NCBI RefSeq assembly: GCF_006345805.1
Contig: NW_021833884.1
Coordinates: forward strand, 1 to 53,496
From: Octopus sinensis
Lineage: Eukaryota
Length of the DNA stretch: 53,496 bases
Direction: 5' to 3'
This document shows, in pieces, positions 24,741 to 34,460 of the stretch (position 1 is its first letter; every line of letters begins with the position of its first letter). Under the pieces are notes generated by a model that ran no database searches, had not been told where the DNA came from, and was given only the letters and a program-made list of their open reading frames with translations. Both the position numbers and the translations under genes were made by a program.

Positions 24741-25499
24741 CTATTTGAAAGCCAGATAAGTGTAACGCCGCCAATGGGGGCATCGAAAAGCCGACTGTAA
24801 GAGCCCGTTTACCATCCGGCCTCTGGCAAACAAAATATGGAAGAGTTCGGAGACACAAAGGTTGCACTGTATTCTGCCCCTATCAAATGGGAGGGCCACC
24901 GACAAAATTGACCATTCCAGCCTATAGCTTAAGTTCGTATCCTTCAGTCGCCATATTAGCTTACTGAGTCCCGTGGTCTGGCGCTTGTTCACGTCCCGAA
25001 AAGTTGCGTAATGGTTGGAGACACGCAAAGACAATCTTGAGGATGGTGCCTCTACATAAGTGAAGACATCTGAGTCCGTGTAAACCTTGCATTGGTAGAC
25101 GGCGTTTTTGATCTTGGAGTTCGCCGACGTGAATCTTAATCTGCTAGGATTAGTTTCTGAAATTAGAACTGCGTTCCTGTCACTATATTCGTTCCGAGAC
25201 CTGCAGCCGCTTACTACTCTATTTTCCACTACGTCACTATTAACTATAGGAATAACCCCTGATTCTCCACTATCTATCAGAGTGCTGTCATTGCTACTGC
25301 CCGTGGTGCTGCTATTGCGGGAAATGATGCTGGGGATGCTATTGGGGCTCTCTACCCTACTCCCATTGTTACCGTCAACCACAACACCCCTATTTATAAC
25401 TATACCCCTAGTGGGTACTCCCTGGCTGGAGCTGAGATTATGTGTCACTGTACTGGCTCTCATATCATTATTACTACTATAATTATTCCTACTGAGCAT
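24741..25499 (-). CDS. PLE Ser/Asn-rich linker plus GIY-YIG-type endonuclease
   Basis: NAVYQCKV..TYVEAPS..RVSNH..LSKLIWRLKD..EWSIL..CNLCVSELFHIL..RCPH. Confidence 0.85.
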   Translation of the reverse strand: MLSRNNYSSNNDMRASTVTHNLSSSQGVPTRGIVINRGVVVDGNNGSRVESPNSIPSIISRNSSTTGSSNDSTLIDSGESGVIPIVNSDVVENRVVSGCRSRNEYSDRNAVLISETNPSRLRFTSANSKIKNAVYQCKVYTDSDVFTYVEAPSSRLSLRVSNHYATFRDVNKRQTTGLSKLIWRLKDTNLSYRLEWSILSVALPFDRGRIQCNLCVSELFHILFARGRMVNGLLQSAFRCPHWRRYTYLAFK

Positions 25500-26392
25500 T
25501 AAACCGGAGCGGAAGAGGCTGTGCCTCCGGAAAAAGGTGATAGGGTCTTAGTAAGTAGCCTATTATTATGGGAGGCGATTATCTGGGCGAGGTTTTTAGT
25601 GTTGGAGAAAGCTATCCTAACTTTATGTGAGTTAACCGTGGAGTAATATTTGGAATTTCTGGGGAAGTTATTGGCGATGGCTTGTCTAAACATGAGGGGG
25701 AGGTTAGTTCTAATCTGCTTACCAAAGGGGATTACAAACCATATATGCTTATTCCTATCAGTGTGATGGGTCGGGACGCCAGCTCTCGCATTCGGGTGGG
25801 TGATTCTCGGATGAATAACGGGTCTGGGTTTAGTGTAAGACCTCCCGGACCGATAATTATCCTTGTTCGCTAAATTAAATGCGGGAGCGACTACCCCGGC
25901 ATCCGCCGCGCTCCCGTCCTTACTTAAAATGTTAATGTTATTATATACGGCCCTATCCTGATGACCGAATGATGGCATCGGAAGGGCCGGATCAATATAA
26001 ATTACCTTCTGCCTATAACCGGCCTTGGATAGTGCGGCGTTATAAAATTCCGCTTTCTGCATAAAAATATCGGCACTGGCGGACAAGCCAGACAATCTTA
26101 GCGAGATGTTTTTAACCAAATTGTCTGTTACGGTTTTGGCATGATTTGAGAAGACACTGACATACTTCAAATTAGTGGAAGGCTTATGGTAAGGGCAGTA
26201 TGAGTCGCTATTAAGGTTAAGTGTAACGTCTAGGAAATTAGCCTTGATGAGTTCATTATCAAAAACTATACTCATGCCCATTCTATTAAAAAACCTAGCT
26301 AACCTGATCTTAGTTTTCTGCACTATTCTGTTCGTGGTGTGTTGCAGGTAAAACAGACAATCGTCACGATACAGGCCGCCCGCGATCTCCGG
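25499..26392 (-). CDS. PLE reverse transcriptase catalytic and thumb region (-1 frame relative to the previous segment)
   Basis: PEIAGGLYRDDCL (YRDD at 26371-26360)..NFLDVTLNL..PYHKP..SNHA..YNAALSKAGY..HIWFVIPF..KVRIAFSNTKNLAQII. Confidence 0.9.
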   Translation of the reverse strand, partial: PEIAGGLYRDDCLFYLQHTTNRIVQKTKIRLARFFNRMGMSIVFDNELIKANFLDVTLNLNSDSYCPYHKPSTNLKYVSVFSNHAKTVTDNLVKNISLRLSGLSASADIFMQKAEFYNAALSKAGYRQKVIYIDPALPMPSFGHQDRAVYNNINILSKDGSAADAGVVAPAFNLANKDNYRSGRSYTKPRPVIHPRITHPNARAGVPTHHTDRNKHIWFVIPFGKQIRTNLPLMFRQAIANNFPRNSKYYSTVNSHKVRIAFSNTKNLAQIIASHNNRLLTKTLSPFSGGTASSAPV

Positions 26393-26990
26393 AATTGGTC
26401 GGACAATTCGTAGAGAATATATATTCCGACCAAATCGGCTATCTGCGCACTATCCGAACTACCCATAGGCACATCAAATTCATTGGGAGTATCTTTACGG
26501 ATCCACAACTTATTATCAAACTTAATAAACGATTTCCTGGCAACTAAAATGATATCTATCTCTTCTCTGGTGAGGCCAGCCTTGTTGTGAGCATGCCAGA
26601 GGGCCTTATTTAGCACACTAGGGTTAATCGAGGGGTAGAAGCTGGCGATATCAAACTGAATGAACCTAGTACGGTTCTTATTGGGGATGGAAGAGAACCA
26701 CTTCACTACCTGCGAGGAGTTGGCCCAGAGGCTGAGCTTCAGCTTGTTTACTAAACTAGGGATATATTTATCTAAAATGTACTTACTGATTATCCCGATA
26801 TCAGATCTAGCAGGGCATATGAGTCTTAGCGCTGGGTTGGTGTGGAAGTTAGGTTTATGGTCCTTCACTATAAATCTGGGTTGCTTAGGGCTAAGCGGCT
26901 GAGTTCTCATTTGAATTCGGCGTTTAAATATTATTTCCTTAATTTCCAAGTTTACCTTCCTCAGGGTACTCCAATTGGTTTTTCTATAAT
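26392..26990 (-). CDS. PLE reverse transcriptase, N-terminal part (5'-truncated at the inversion junction)
   Basis: RFIVKDHKPNF..LRLICPARSDIG..LWANSSQVVKWF..FIQFDIASFYPSI..FDVPMGSSDSAQIADLVGIYIL. The frame is open up to the junction, and the track's start codon at 26949 is TTG. Confidence 0.9.
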
Positions 26991-27631
26991 TTTCGATGCC
27001 CCCATTGGCGGCGTTACACTTATCTGGCTTTCAAATAGCGTTTATAAATAATACCGGCACCCATAGCCCTTGGTAACAAATTCTGAAATAGCCTTTAAGA
27101 TATCTACGATTAACCACTGCAAGGGGAATTACTCCTGTAAGACAAACGGGGCTTGGTTTTTTCACAGCGGGGGGTTTCCTTGACAAGGCAGGCTTAGATG
27201 AACACACACACACATAAAACATAATATATATATATTTTTTTCTTTCTGCCACCCAACGGTTATCACGGCAGTAGCCACTGACAGCCGAACGATCAAACGC
27301 ACACACGTACACAAAAAATGTTTTCTACCCCTACGCCAACACACACATATATATAGAACAGTATACACACACACACGTCTCTAAGTAGATTTTTTCTCGC
27401 CCCTTATAAAACATCCAATATTCCTTAAATAGTCAGAACTTTATTCTCGGTCACAAAGAACATCTATACACCCTCACCCACATGATTGACCGATGCCTGA
27501 CCCGTTGAATTCTTCAGCCACCGGTTCTCAACATACACTGATAAACAGTTTCGCCATGGGCTCTTAGGAGCTTAGTTCGATTTGTTTTTGCTCCGCCTCT
27601 GTTCTGTTTTTGTTTTTCCAACGGATTTCCT

Positions 27632-27721
27632 TTTTCTTCCTGAAGAGAAAGACACAATATGGTCCCATTATTCAATCGGATTTTGGTAATTTGTGCCTTT
27701 CGAAACACGTGTAGAATGAAA
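27632..27721 (+). ncRNA. Type I hammerhead ribozyme, right PLE arm
   Basis: Stem I UUUUCUUC/GAAUGAAA; CUGAAGA at 27640-27646; stem II GAAAGACACAA/UUGUGCCUUUC; GAAA at 27702-27705; palindromic stem III ACACGUGU; GUA at 27711-27713. Confidence 0.87.
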
Positions 27722-27959
27722 TAAAACGATTTCTGTTCAATCTGCGTTCAGCTCCATTTCTTCAATTCACCAATAATGTTTTAATTTCAATTATCCGCAC
27801 CAACGCACGGTTGCAACGCCAGATGGTTGTACCTCCAACCGTGCTGTTTACTGCTGTGATTTTTGCTACTAAGGTATCGGTTAAACTTTTGATTAATCTA
27901 CTACAAGATTATTCATCTTTCTATTTCACATAATTATATATATATATATATATATTATT

Positions 27960-28180
27960 TTATTCTTTTATTCTTTTAATTGTTTCAGTCATTTGATTGC
28001 TGCAATGCTGGAGCACCGCCTTTAAACGAACAGATTGACCCCAGAAGTTATTCTTTGTATTCCTAGTACTTATTCTATCGATCACATTTGCCGCACCGCA
28101 TAGTTACGAGGTCGTAAACACAATAACATCGGTGTCAAGCGATGGGGGCGAACAAACACAGACACACAAATACATACATA
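27960..28180 (-). mobile_element. SINE family B, 3' module
   Basis: ttgtttcagtcatttgattgctgcaatgctggagcaccgcc..tagtacttattctatcg..acaaacacagacacac. Confidence 0.8.
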
Positions 28181-28186
28181 CATACA

Positions 28187-28280
<94 letters not shown>

Positions 28281-28312
28281 TATATATACACACAGACATA
28301 TATATATGTATA

Positions 28313-28446
<134 letters not shown>

Positions 28447-28485
28447 GTATGTATGTATATGTATATGTGTATGTATATATGTATG

Positions 28486-28519
<34 letters not shown>

Positions 28520-29744
28520 TGTATGTGTGTATGTATGAATGTATGTATATGTATATGATTTTAAGTGTTTCTACAACTGTAATTCGCGCAGTGGAATGTT
28601 GTGCTGATATAATTGTACCGGATGTTACAGACAATAGTAAATGCTTTAGCCTTTCACTGGTTTCATTAGAGTAAATCAGAGAAGTAGTCAAGCTGCCATT
28701 TTGCTTGAATTATGTTTATATATTCAGACAACACAACCAATTTTATCTTATGCATAAATTTTAATATAAAAACATCTAATAATTCTACTTTCTAAAATTG
28801 TTTGCCAATTCCGTTCTTTTTTGTTATTTTTTGTTGTTGCTTTTTCGCAATAAACTGTACTTTGATCTCATCATCCAATGAGATTCTTTCATTCAATTAC
28901 AAATTTCCAGTTGAGTGTAAACTGCGGTCATTTAATCTTGTCCGTCGTATTTTTTTTTTTAAATATTCTCTGATCACTTAACAACCAAGTTGAATTATTT
29001 CAATGGTTATCTCTTTGATTATATTTGCTTGAAAAATGAACTTCTGGTTTATTCATGTCCAGAAAATTTCACAGAAAAATGTTCATAGACTACTTGAGTC
29101 AATGTAGAAAATAGTCCCACATCTGATTTCAAACATTTAGACTGGTTGACGTGATTTTAACCATGGCTATTGACACATTCTTCTGCAGAACACACGTCTC
29201 CACACTGAAACGAATAAAGACATAGTATTTCTCAATGATGGGAGGCTTTGCTTGTAGCTTACAAGATCTTAGTTATGGATTCATGCTTTAATAAACAGGC
29301 TTACTCCAGTCCAATTTAATTGCGTTTAAAATATGTCCTATCATTATGAAACCCACTGTGTTTACCCACGAAGACAGGGGAAAGCAGACGACCTCAGTTT
29401 AGAGTATTGTTAAGAAGTGTACAGATGCAACTCAAGCGCTCTAAATACATGGCGAGATCAAAGAGTTGTTTACTATTGAATATGAAAACATCGACAAATT
29501 CCATCTCTTATTTCGAAATTTATGCAATTTATAGAATATTTGAAATTCATTTTGTTTGTGTATGACAATAACTGGTTCAGATGATCATAATATATCCAGC
29601 TAATTAGTAAATACGTAGTTAACTCTGCTTTTTTGGCAATGGATGGCTTCTACGTAGTTTCTTAAATGGCTTCAATTTATAGTTGCATATGTGTATGCAT
29701 GTGTGTATATGGATTTGGATATACATATATGTGTGTGGGTGGGT

Positions 29745-29895
29745 GTGAGATAAGGAGTTTGCTTCCCAACCACATGCTTCTGGGTTCAGTCCCTCTGCTT
29801 GGCACCTTGAGCAAGTGTCTTCTACTATAGTCTCGGACCGACCAAAGACTTGTGAGTGGATTTGGAAGGCAAAAACTGAAACAAGCCTGTCGTAT
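29745..29895 (+). mobile_element. SINE family B, head and CORE-like block
   Basis: tttgcttcccaaccacatgcttctgggttcagtccc..ccttgagcaagtgtcttctactatag. Confidence 0.82.
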
Positions 29896-29912
29896 ATACA
29901 TACATACATACG

Positions 29913-29948
<36 letters not shown>

Positions 29949-30025
29949 GTCATCAAAAAAGGGGGTAGAATTAATTAATTGTTAATAAATGGGGGTAGTT
30001 CAAATTCTTGGAGAGAAAAGTATAT

Positions 30026-30120
30026 ATACTTTGATTAAATAAATCAGTTCTCTAACACTTCTGAAGTATTTATCGTTACCTTTCAAATACGACATTTCAT
30101 GTGAAACCACTATATATATA

Positions 30121-30213
<93 letters not shown>

Positions 30214-30301
30214 AAGTGGTTTCACAAGAAATGTCGTATTTGAAAGGTAACGATAAAATACTTCAGGAGTGTTAGAGAACTGATTTATTTAATCAAAGTA
30301 T
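30026..30301. repeat. 86-bp inverted duplication around a ~100-bp (TA)n tract
   Basis: 30026-30111 is the reverse complement of 30215-30301, with 2 substitutions and 1 indel. Confidence 0.92.
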
Positions 30302-31351
30302 GATCCATGATTATTTATGACGTTCACCGAACGTTTCTCTACGTAATATATTCCATCATCAAAAAAAGAATTTCATCTTTTGCTGTGATAAACAGTCCGA
30401 ATGCTTCAATTACCTCTTCTCTATTTAACAATGTTTTATTGGTTATGAAAAGCTCAAGATGCTTAAATAACTGATGATCAGTAGGAGAGATATCAGGGGA
30501 ATAAAGAGGATGTTTCAAAATCTCATAATTCAGGCTTTGCAACTTTTGGACCGTAGCGTGAGGCGTGTGAGGACGTGCATTGTCGTAGAGCAAAATTGGG
30601 CCATCTCTATTCACTAATCTGGGTTGCATCTTTTTCTAGTTCTCATGCATGCAATCATTTTACTGGCGATGCAATGTTGCTGTTACCGTTTTTCCTTGTT
30701 GCAAAAATGAATAATGAACAGTTCCCTTCGCAGACCACCATGCAGTGACCACTAACATTTATGGTGCAAAGGTGGGTTTGGGTAGTGTCTAGGTGACTCT
30801 CCTGCATCTAATCACTGTCTTGCTCTCCTGTTGTTGTCAAAGAGTATCCATTTCTCATCACATGTAATGATTTGATGCAAAAATGGTCTTTTTCCAGTCG
30901 AGAAAGCAATAAGGAGCACACTTTGAGACATCTGTTTTTTTTTTTATCTTGTTCAGTTGATATGGAACAAACCTATCCGTTTTCTTGACTTTTCCAATTA
31001 ATAACTGATTTTGGCCTACCCCTTGGTTTATTTTCAAGGCTATCATCTGAACGAGAGCTTTGGAACCATCTCTGAACAGTTCTGATGCCCCCAAAAAACC
31101 ATTGTCAAAGGCCTGCTGGATATTCCGTAGAGCTTCAGCGGCAGAGTGACCCAGATTGTATTCATACGAGAAAATCGCTCAACATAGTTTGGTTGTTATT
31201 ATTTTCATAAGGTGAGGGTACGAATTTTGTATACCAATATTTTTGGGAATGAAAAAGAGTCAAAATTAAACGCAAGGTATACATAATTTAGTTTTTAAGT
31301 GACTGAAATAGCAAGTAATTAAAAATGCGACATTTCACGGGAACAACCTAA
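30213..31351 (-). mobile_element. Decayed mariner (DD34D-type) transposon
   Basis: TIR ttaggttgttcccgtgaaatgtcgcattt next to TA, with a degenerate partner at 30213. Fragments IFSYEYNLGHSAAEALRNIQQAF and GPILLYDNARPH..HPLYSPDISPTDHQLF. Confidence 0.9.
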
Positions 31352-31553
31352 TATATATATAGTTGAGGAGTGTTCTGTTAAGAACGTATAAGAGTACAAA
31401 TAGAGCTCGTTCACCCTTAGAATTCCCCAAAAGCCGGTAGTATACTAATGGTATGCTACCAATTCTAGTCTTAGGTATTCCTCATGTGTGAAAGTAAAAA
31501 GGAAAAAGTAAAAGAGTCAAAAGGAAAGGTAAGTACGGTTAGGCAGCCTTTTG

Positions 31554-31675
31554 ATCGCGACGAGTGTTTCGATACATACAGATCCTCGTATATACAGGAT
31601 TTAAATCTAAGTTTAAATTAAATTATGTAACGATTTACCTGTATAAGAAGCTCTATACGTTTCTCCTCAGGCGAT
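31554..31675 (-). ncRNA. Type I hammerhead ribozyme with very long stem II, left arm
   Basis: Reverse-complement counterpart of 31848-31969; the stem III loop is acuc. Confidence 0.82.
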
Positions 31676-31847
31676 ACTCAGTTGCTGTCTCCGTAAATAA
31701 ATCTAGATTTCCATGCTACAACATTCATGACCTCTTCTTTGAAGTTTCCATGCTACAGCATCCATCGCTTCTTTGAAGTTTCAAAGAAGAAGTGATGAAT
31801 GTTGTAGCATGGAAATCTAGATTCACTTACGGAGACAGCAACTGAGT

Positions 31848-31969
31848 ATCGCCTGAGGAGAAACGTATAGATCTTCTTATACAGGTAAATCGTTACATAA
31901 TTTAATTTAAACTTAGATTTAAATCCTGTATATACGAGGATCTGTATGTATCGAAACATTCGTCGCGAT
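31848..31969 (+). ncRNA. Type I hammerhead ribozyme with very long stem II, right arm
   Basis: AUCGC-CUGAGGA-G..(~90-nt hairpin)..C-GAAA-C-auuc-GUC-GCGAU. Stem I AUCGC/GCGAU is perfect; stem II pairs aaacgtatagatcttcttatacaggtaaatc with gattta..cctgtatatacgaggatctgtatgtat. Confidence 0.82.
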
Positions 31970-32164
31970 CAAAAGGCTGCCTAACCGTACTTACCTTTCC
32001 TTTTGACTCTTTTACTTTTTGCTTTTTACTTTATATATATACACATACGTATGTGTGTGTGTATGTGTGTCTATGTGTGTGTATTTGTGTCGGTGCAGAT
32101 ACATACACACACACACGTATGTGTATATATATATATATATATATATACACATACGTGTGTGTGT

Positions 32165-32380
32165 GTGTGTATTTATGTGTGTGTCTTTGTGTCGGTGCTT
32201 GTAACCCATCACCACTTGATAACCGGTAGTGGTGCTTTTACGCCCCCGTTACCTAACAGTTCAGCAAGAGAGAACGATAGAATAAGTACTAGGCTTTAAA
32301 AAACTGGGGCCGATTTGTTCGGCTAAAACCTTGCAAGATAGTAATTCAACATGGCCGCAGTCAAATGACTGAAACAAAAT
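32165..32380 (+). mobile_element. SINE family B, 3' module
   Basis: ..cacttgataaccggtagtggtg..gatagaataagtactaggc..catggccgcagtcaaatgactgaaacaaaa. Confidence 0.8.
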
Positions 32381-32454
32381 AAAATATATATATGTGTGTG
32401 TGTCTGTGTCTGTCTGCCTGTGTGTCTGTGTCTGTGTGTTTATGTGAGTGTGTA

Positions 32455-32722
32455 TGTATATATGTATGTATATGTATATATGTATGTATATGTATATATG
32501 TATGTATATGTATATATGTATGTAGATGTATATATGTATGTAGATGTATATATGTATGTAGATGTATATATGTATGTAGATGTATATATGTATGTATATG
32601 TATATATGTATGTAGATGTATATATGTATGTAGATGTATATATGTATGTAGATGTATATATGTATGTAGATGTATATATGTATGTAGATGTATATATGTA
32701 TGTAGATGTATATATGTATGTA
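32455..32722. repeat. 18-bp compound repeat (atgtatatatgtatgtag)n
   Basis: Direct reading. The periodic YVDVYM / HLHTYI ORFs reflect it. Confidence 0.9.
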
Positions 32723-33383
32723 TGCATAACGGACAGTGGTAAGGAAGGATGAGAGAAAATAACATGGCGGTGATGTTTCACTTTGTTTTGTTATTTTTTC
32801 TTTTTATGTCTTTTTTTTGTCATGTATTCGAAATAGGATACAGTTGGTTAGTGAAAAAAATAATCCTTTAAAATATCAAAACTCAGACACGAATGAAATT
32901 GGTCAGAATTCCCCAGTGATTGGAGAGAGAGAGATGTTCTCTGTTTGAGCTGCAAAATAATAAACGAAACAGGGTCTCCAGAGAATGATGTACAATAATA
33001 AAAATCCAAGGATTTTTTTTTAGATATTGAATTGTCTCTCTGGGCTTTTATGAACGCGTGCCCATGTATGTGTGTGTGAGTGAGTTTATAAGTGTGTGTG
33101 TATATTTGTATGTGAATGTGCATTTTAACTGCACATTTGTTTATTGGTATAAATTTATGCATACAGATAGACTTATACATACAAACATATACATACACAC
33201 ACATATACATACACACACACATATATATATATGATATATATGGCGTGTGAATGTATACATATGCATATGCATATATTATGCAAAGGTGCATAAGTCTATG
33301 TAGGATGTATACATATGTTCTTAACTGTTATCTGGTTATTTATCCGCCTATTTGTATGTTGTATGTATGAGATATATGTATAA

Positions 33384-33414
<31 letters not shown>

Positions 33415-33420
33415 ATATAT

Positions 33421-33463
<43 letters not shown>

Positions 33464-33520
33464 GTACATACATTCATATATATATACATACATATATATA
33501 TATGTATGTATATATATATA

Positions 33521-33582
<62 letters not shown>

Positions 33583-33960
33583 CGCTTTACGAGTAACATG
33601 AGACATATCTATGACAGTCGTTACCGAGGCGCTCCTTATATTCTGACTATAGCAAAGTAGGAACGAAAGCCATTGAGAGCAATATTCAATATTCCGTAAT
33701 CTATTGGAATGTTGGGTTGTTAGGACATCGGTGAAAACTTTCTGTAATGATTCTAGAGAGTATAAACAGCTAGACTGTTTTCCCATTCTACTCTTACAAT
33801 CCCATAGGAGAATTCGAAAACAACGCGCTCACACAAACCCACAAACATGGTCGTCATTTACACGTCGCTTCTGTTCATTATCGTTGTGTATCAATGCCAA
33901 CAACATCCTTTAAAATCCCTCCCAACCCTTATTTTTATTTTTCTGGATTCAGGGATCTAC

Positions 33961-34208
33961 TCTCTTTACTCTTTAATCTTTACTTGTTTCAGTCATTTGA
34001 CTGCGGCCATGCTGGAGCACCGCCTTTAGTCGATCAAATCGACCCCGGGACTTATTCTTTGTAAGCCCAGTACTTATTCTATCGGTCTCTTTTGCCGAAC
34101 CGCTAAGTGACGGGGACGTAAACACACCAGCATCGGTTATCAAGCAATGCTAGGGGGACAAACACAGACACACAAACCCACACATACACACACATACACA
34201 CACACACA

Positions 34209-34296
<88 letters not shown>

Positions 34297-34460
34297 TACG
34301 TCGGGCTTCTTTCAGTTCTGTCTACCAATCCACACACAAGGCATTGGTCGGCCCGGGGCTATAGCAGAAGACACTTGCCCAAGATGCCACGCAGTGAGAC
34401 TGAACCCGGAACCATGTGGTTGGTTAGCAAGCTACTTACCACACAGCCACTCCAGCGCCT
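33961..34460 (-). mobile_element. SINE family B, essentially complete copy with an internal (TA)/(TG) tract
   Basis: Minus strand: ggcgctggagTGGCTGTGTGGtaag..GGTTCAGTCTC..cttgggcaagtgtcttc..gcccgacg, then microsatellite, then ..ggcggtgctccagcatggccgcagtcaaatgactgaaacaagtaaa. Confidence 0.9.

Larger units (their letters stand above)
23996..27783 (-). mobile_element. Penelope-like element with C-terminal endonuclease, 5'-truncated, carrying an inverted pseudo-LTR
   Basis: RT and GIY-YIG-type ORFs on the minus strand. Arms 23996-24789 and 26990-27783 are reverse complements, differing by 2 substitutions and 2 homopolymer indels that I found. (TA)n lies on both sides. Confidence 0.95.
31491..32032. 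mobile_element. Non-coding ~540-bp palindromic element with a hammerhead in each arm (PLE-derived or retrozyme-like)
   Basis: Arms of ~250 bp are near-perfect reverse complements. The centre holds a short imperfect direct duplication (tttccatgctac..ttctttgaag). No meaningful ORF. Confidence 0.85.

Noticed and set aside
25108-25482. 124-aa plus-strand hydrophobic ORF inside the PLE
   Set aside because: It is the antisense shadow of the low-complexity linker, with no independent support.
26321-26325. Apparent TAG/GTG stop-start between the two RT ORFs
   Set aside because: The catalytic YRDD lies upstream of that GTG in the second frame, so the break is a frameshift at ~26392 rather than reinitiation.
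24741-26990. Selenoprotein-type (Naiad) PLE with UGA recoding
   Set aside because: The endonuclease is C-terminal and I saw no in-frame TGA codons interrupting the ORFs.
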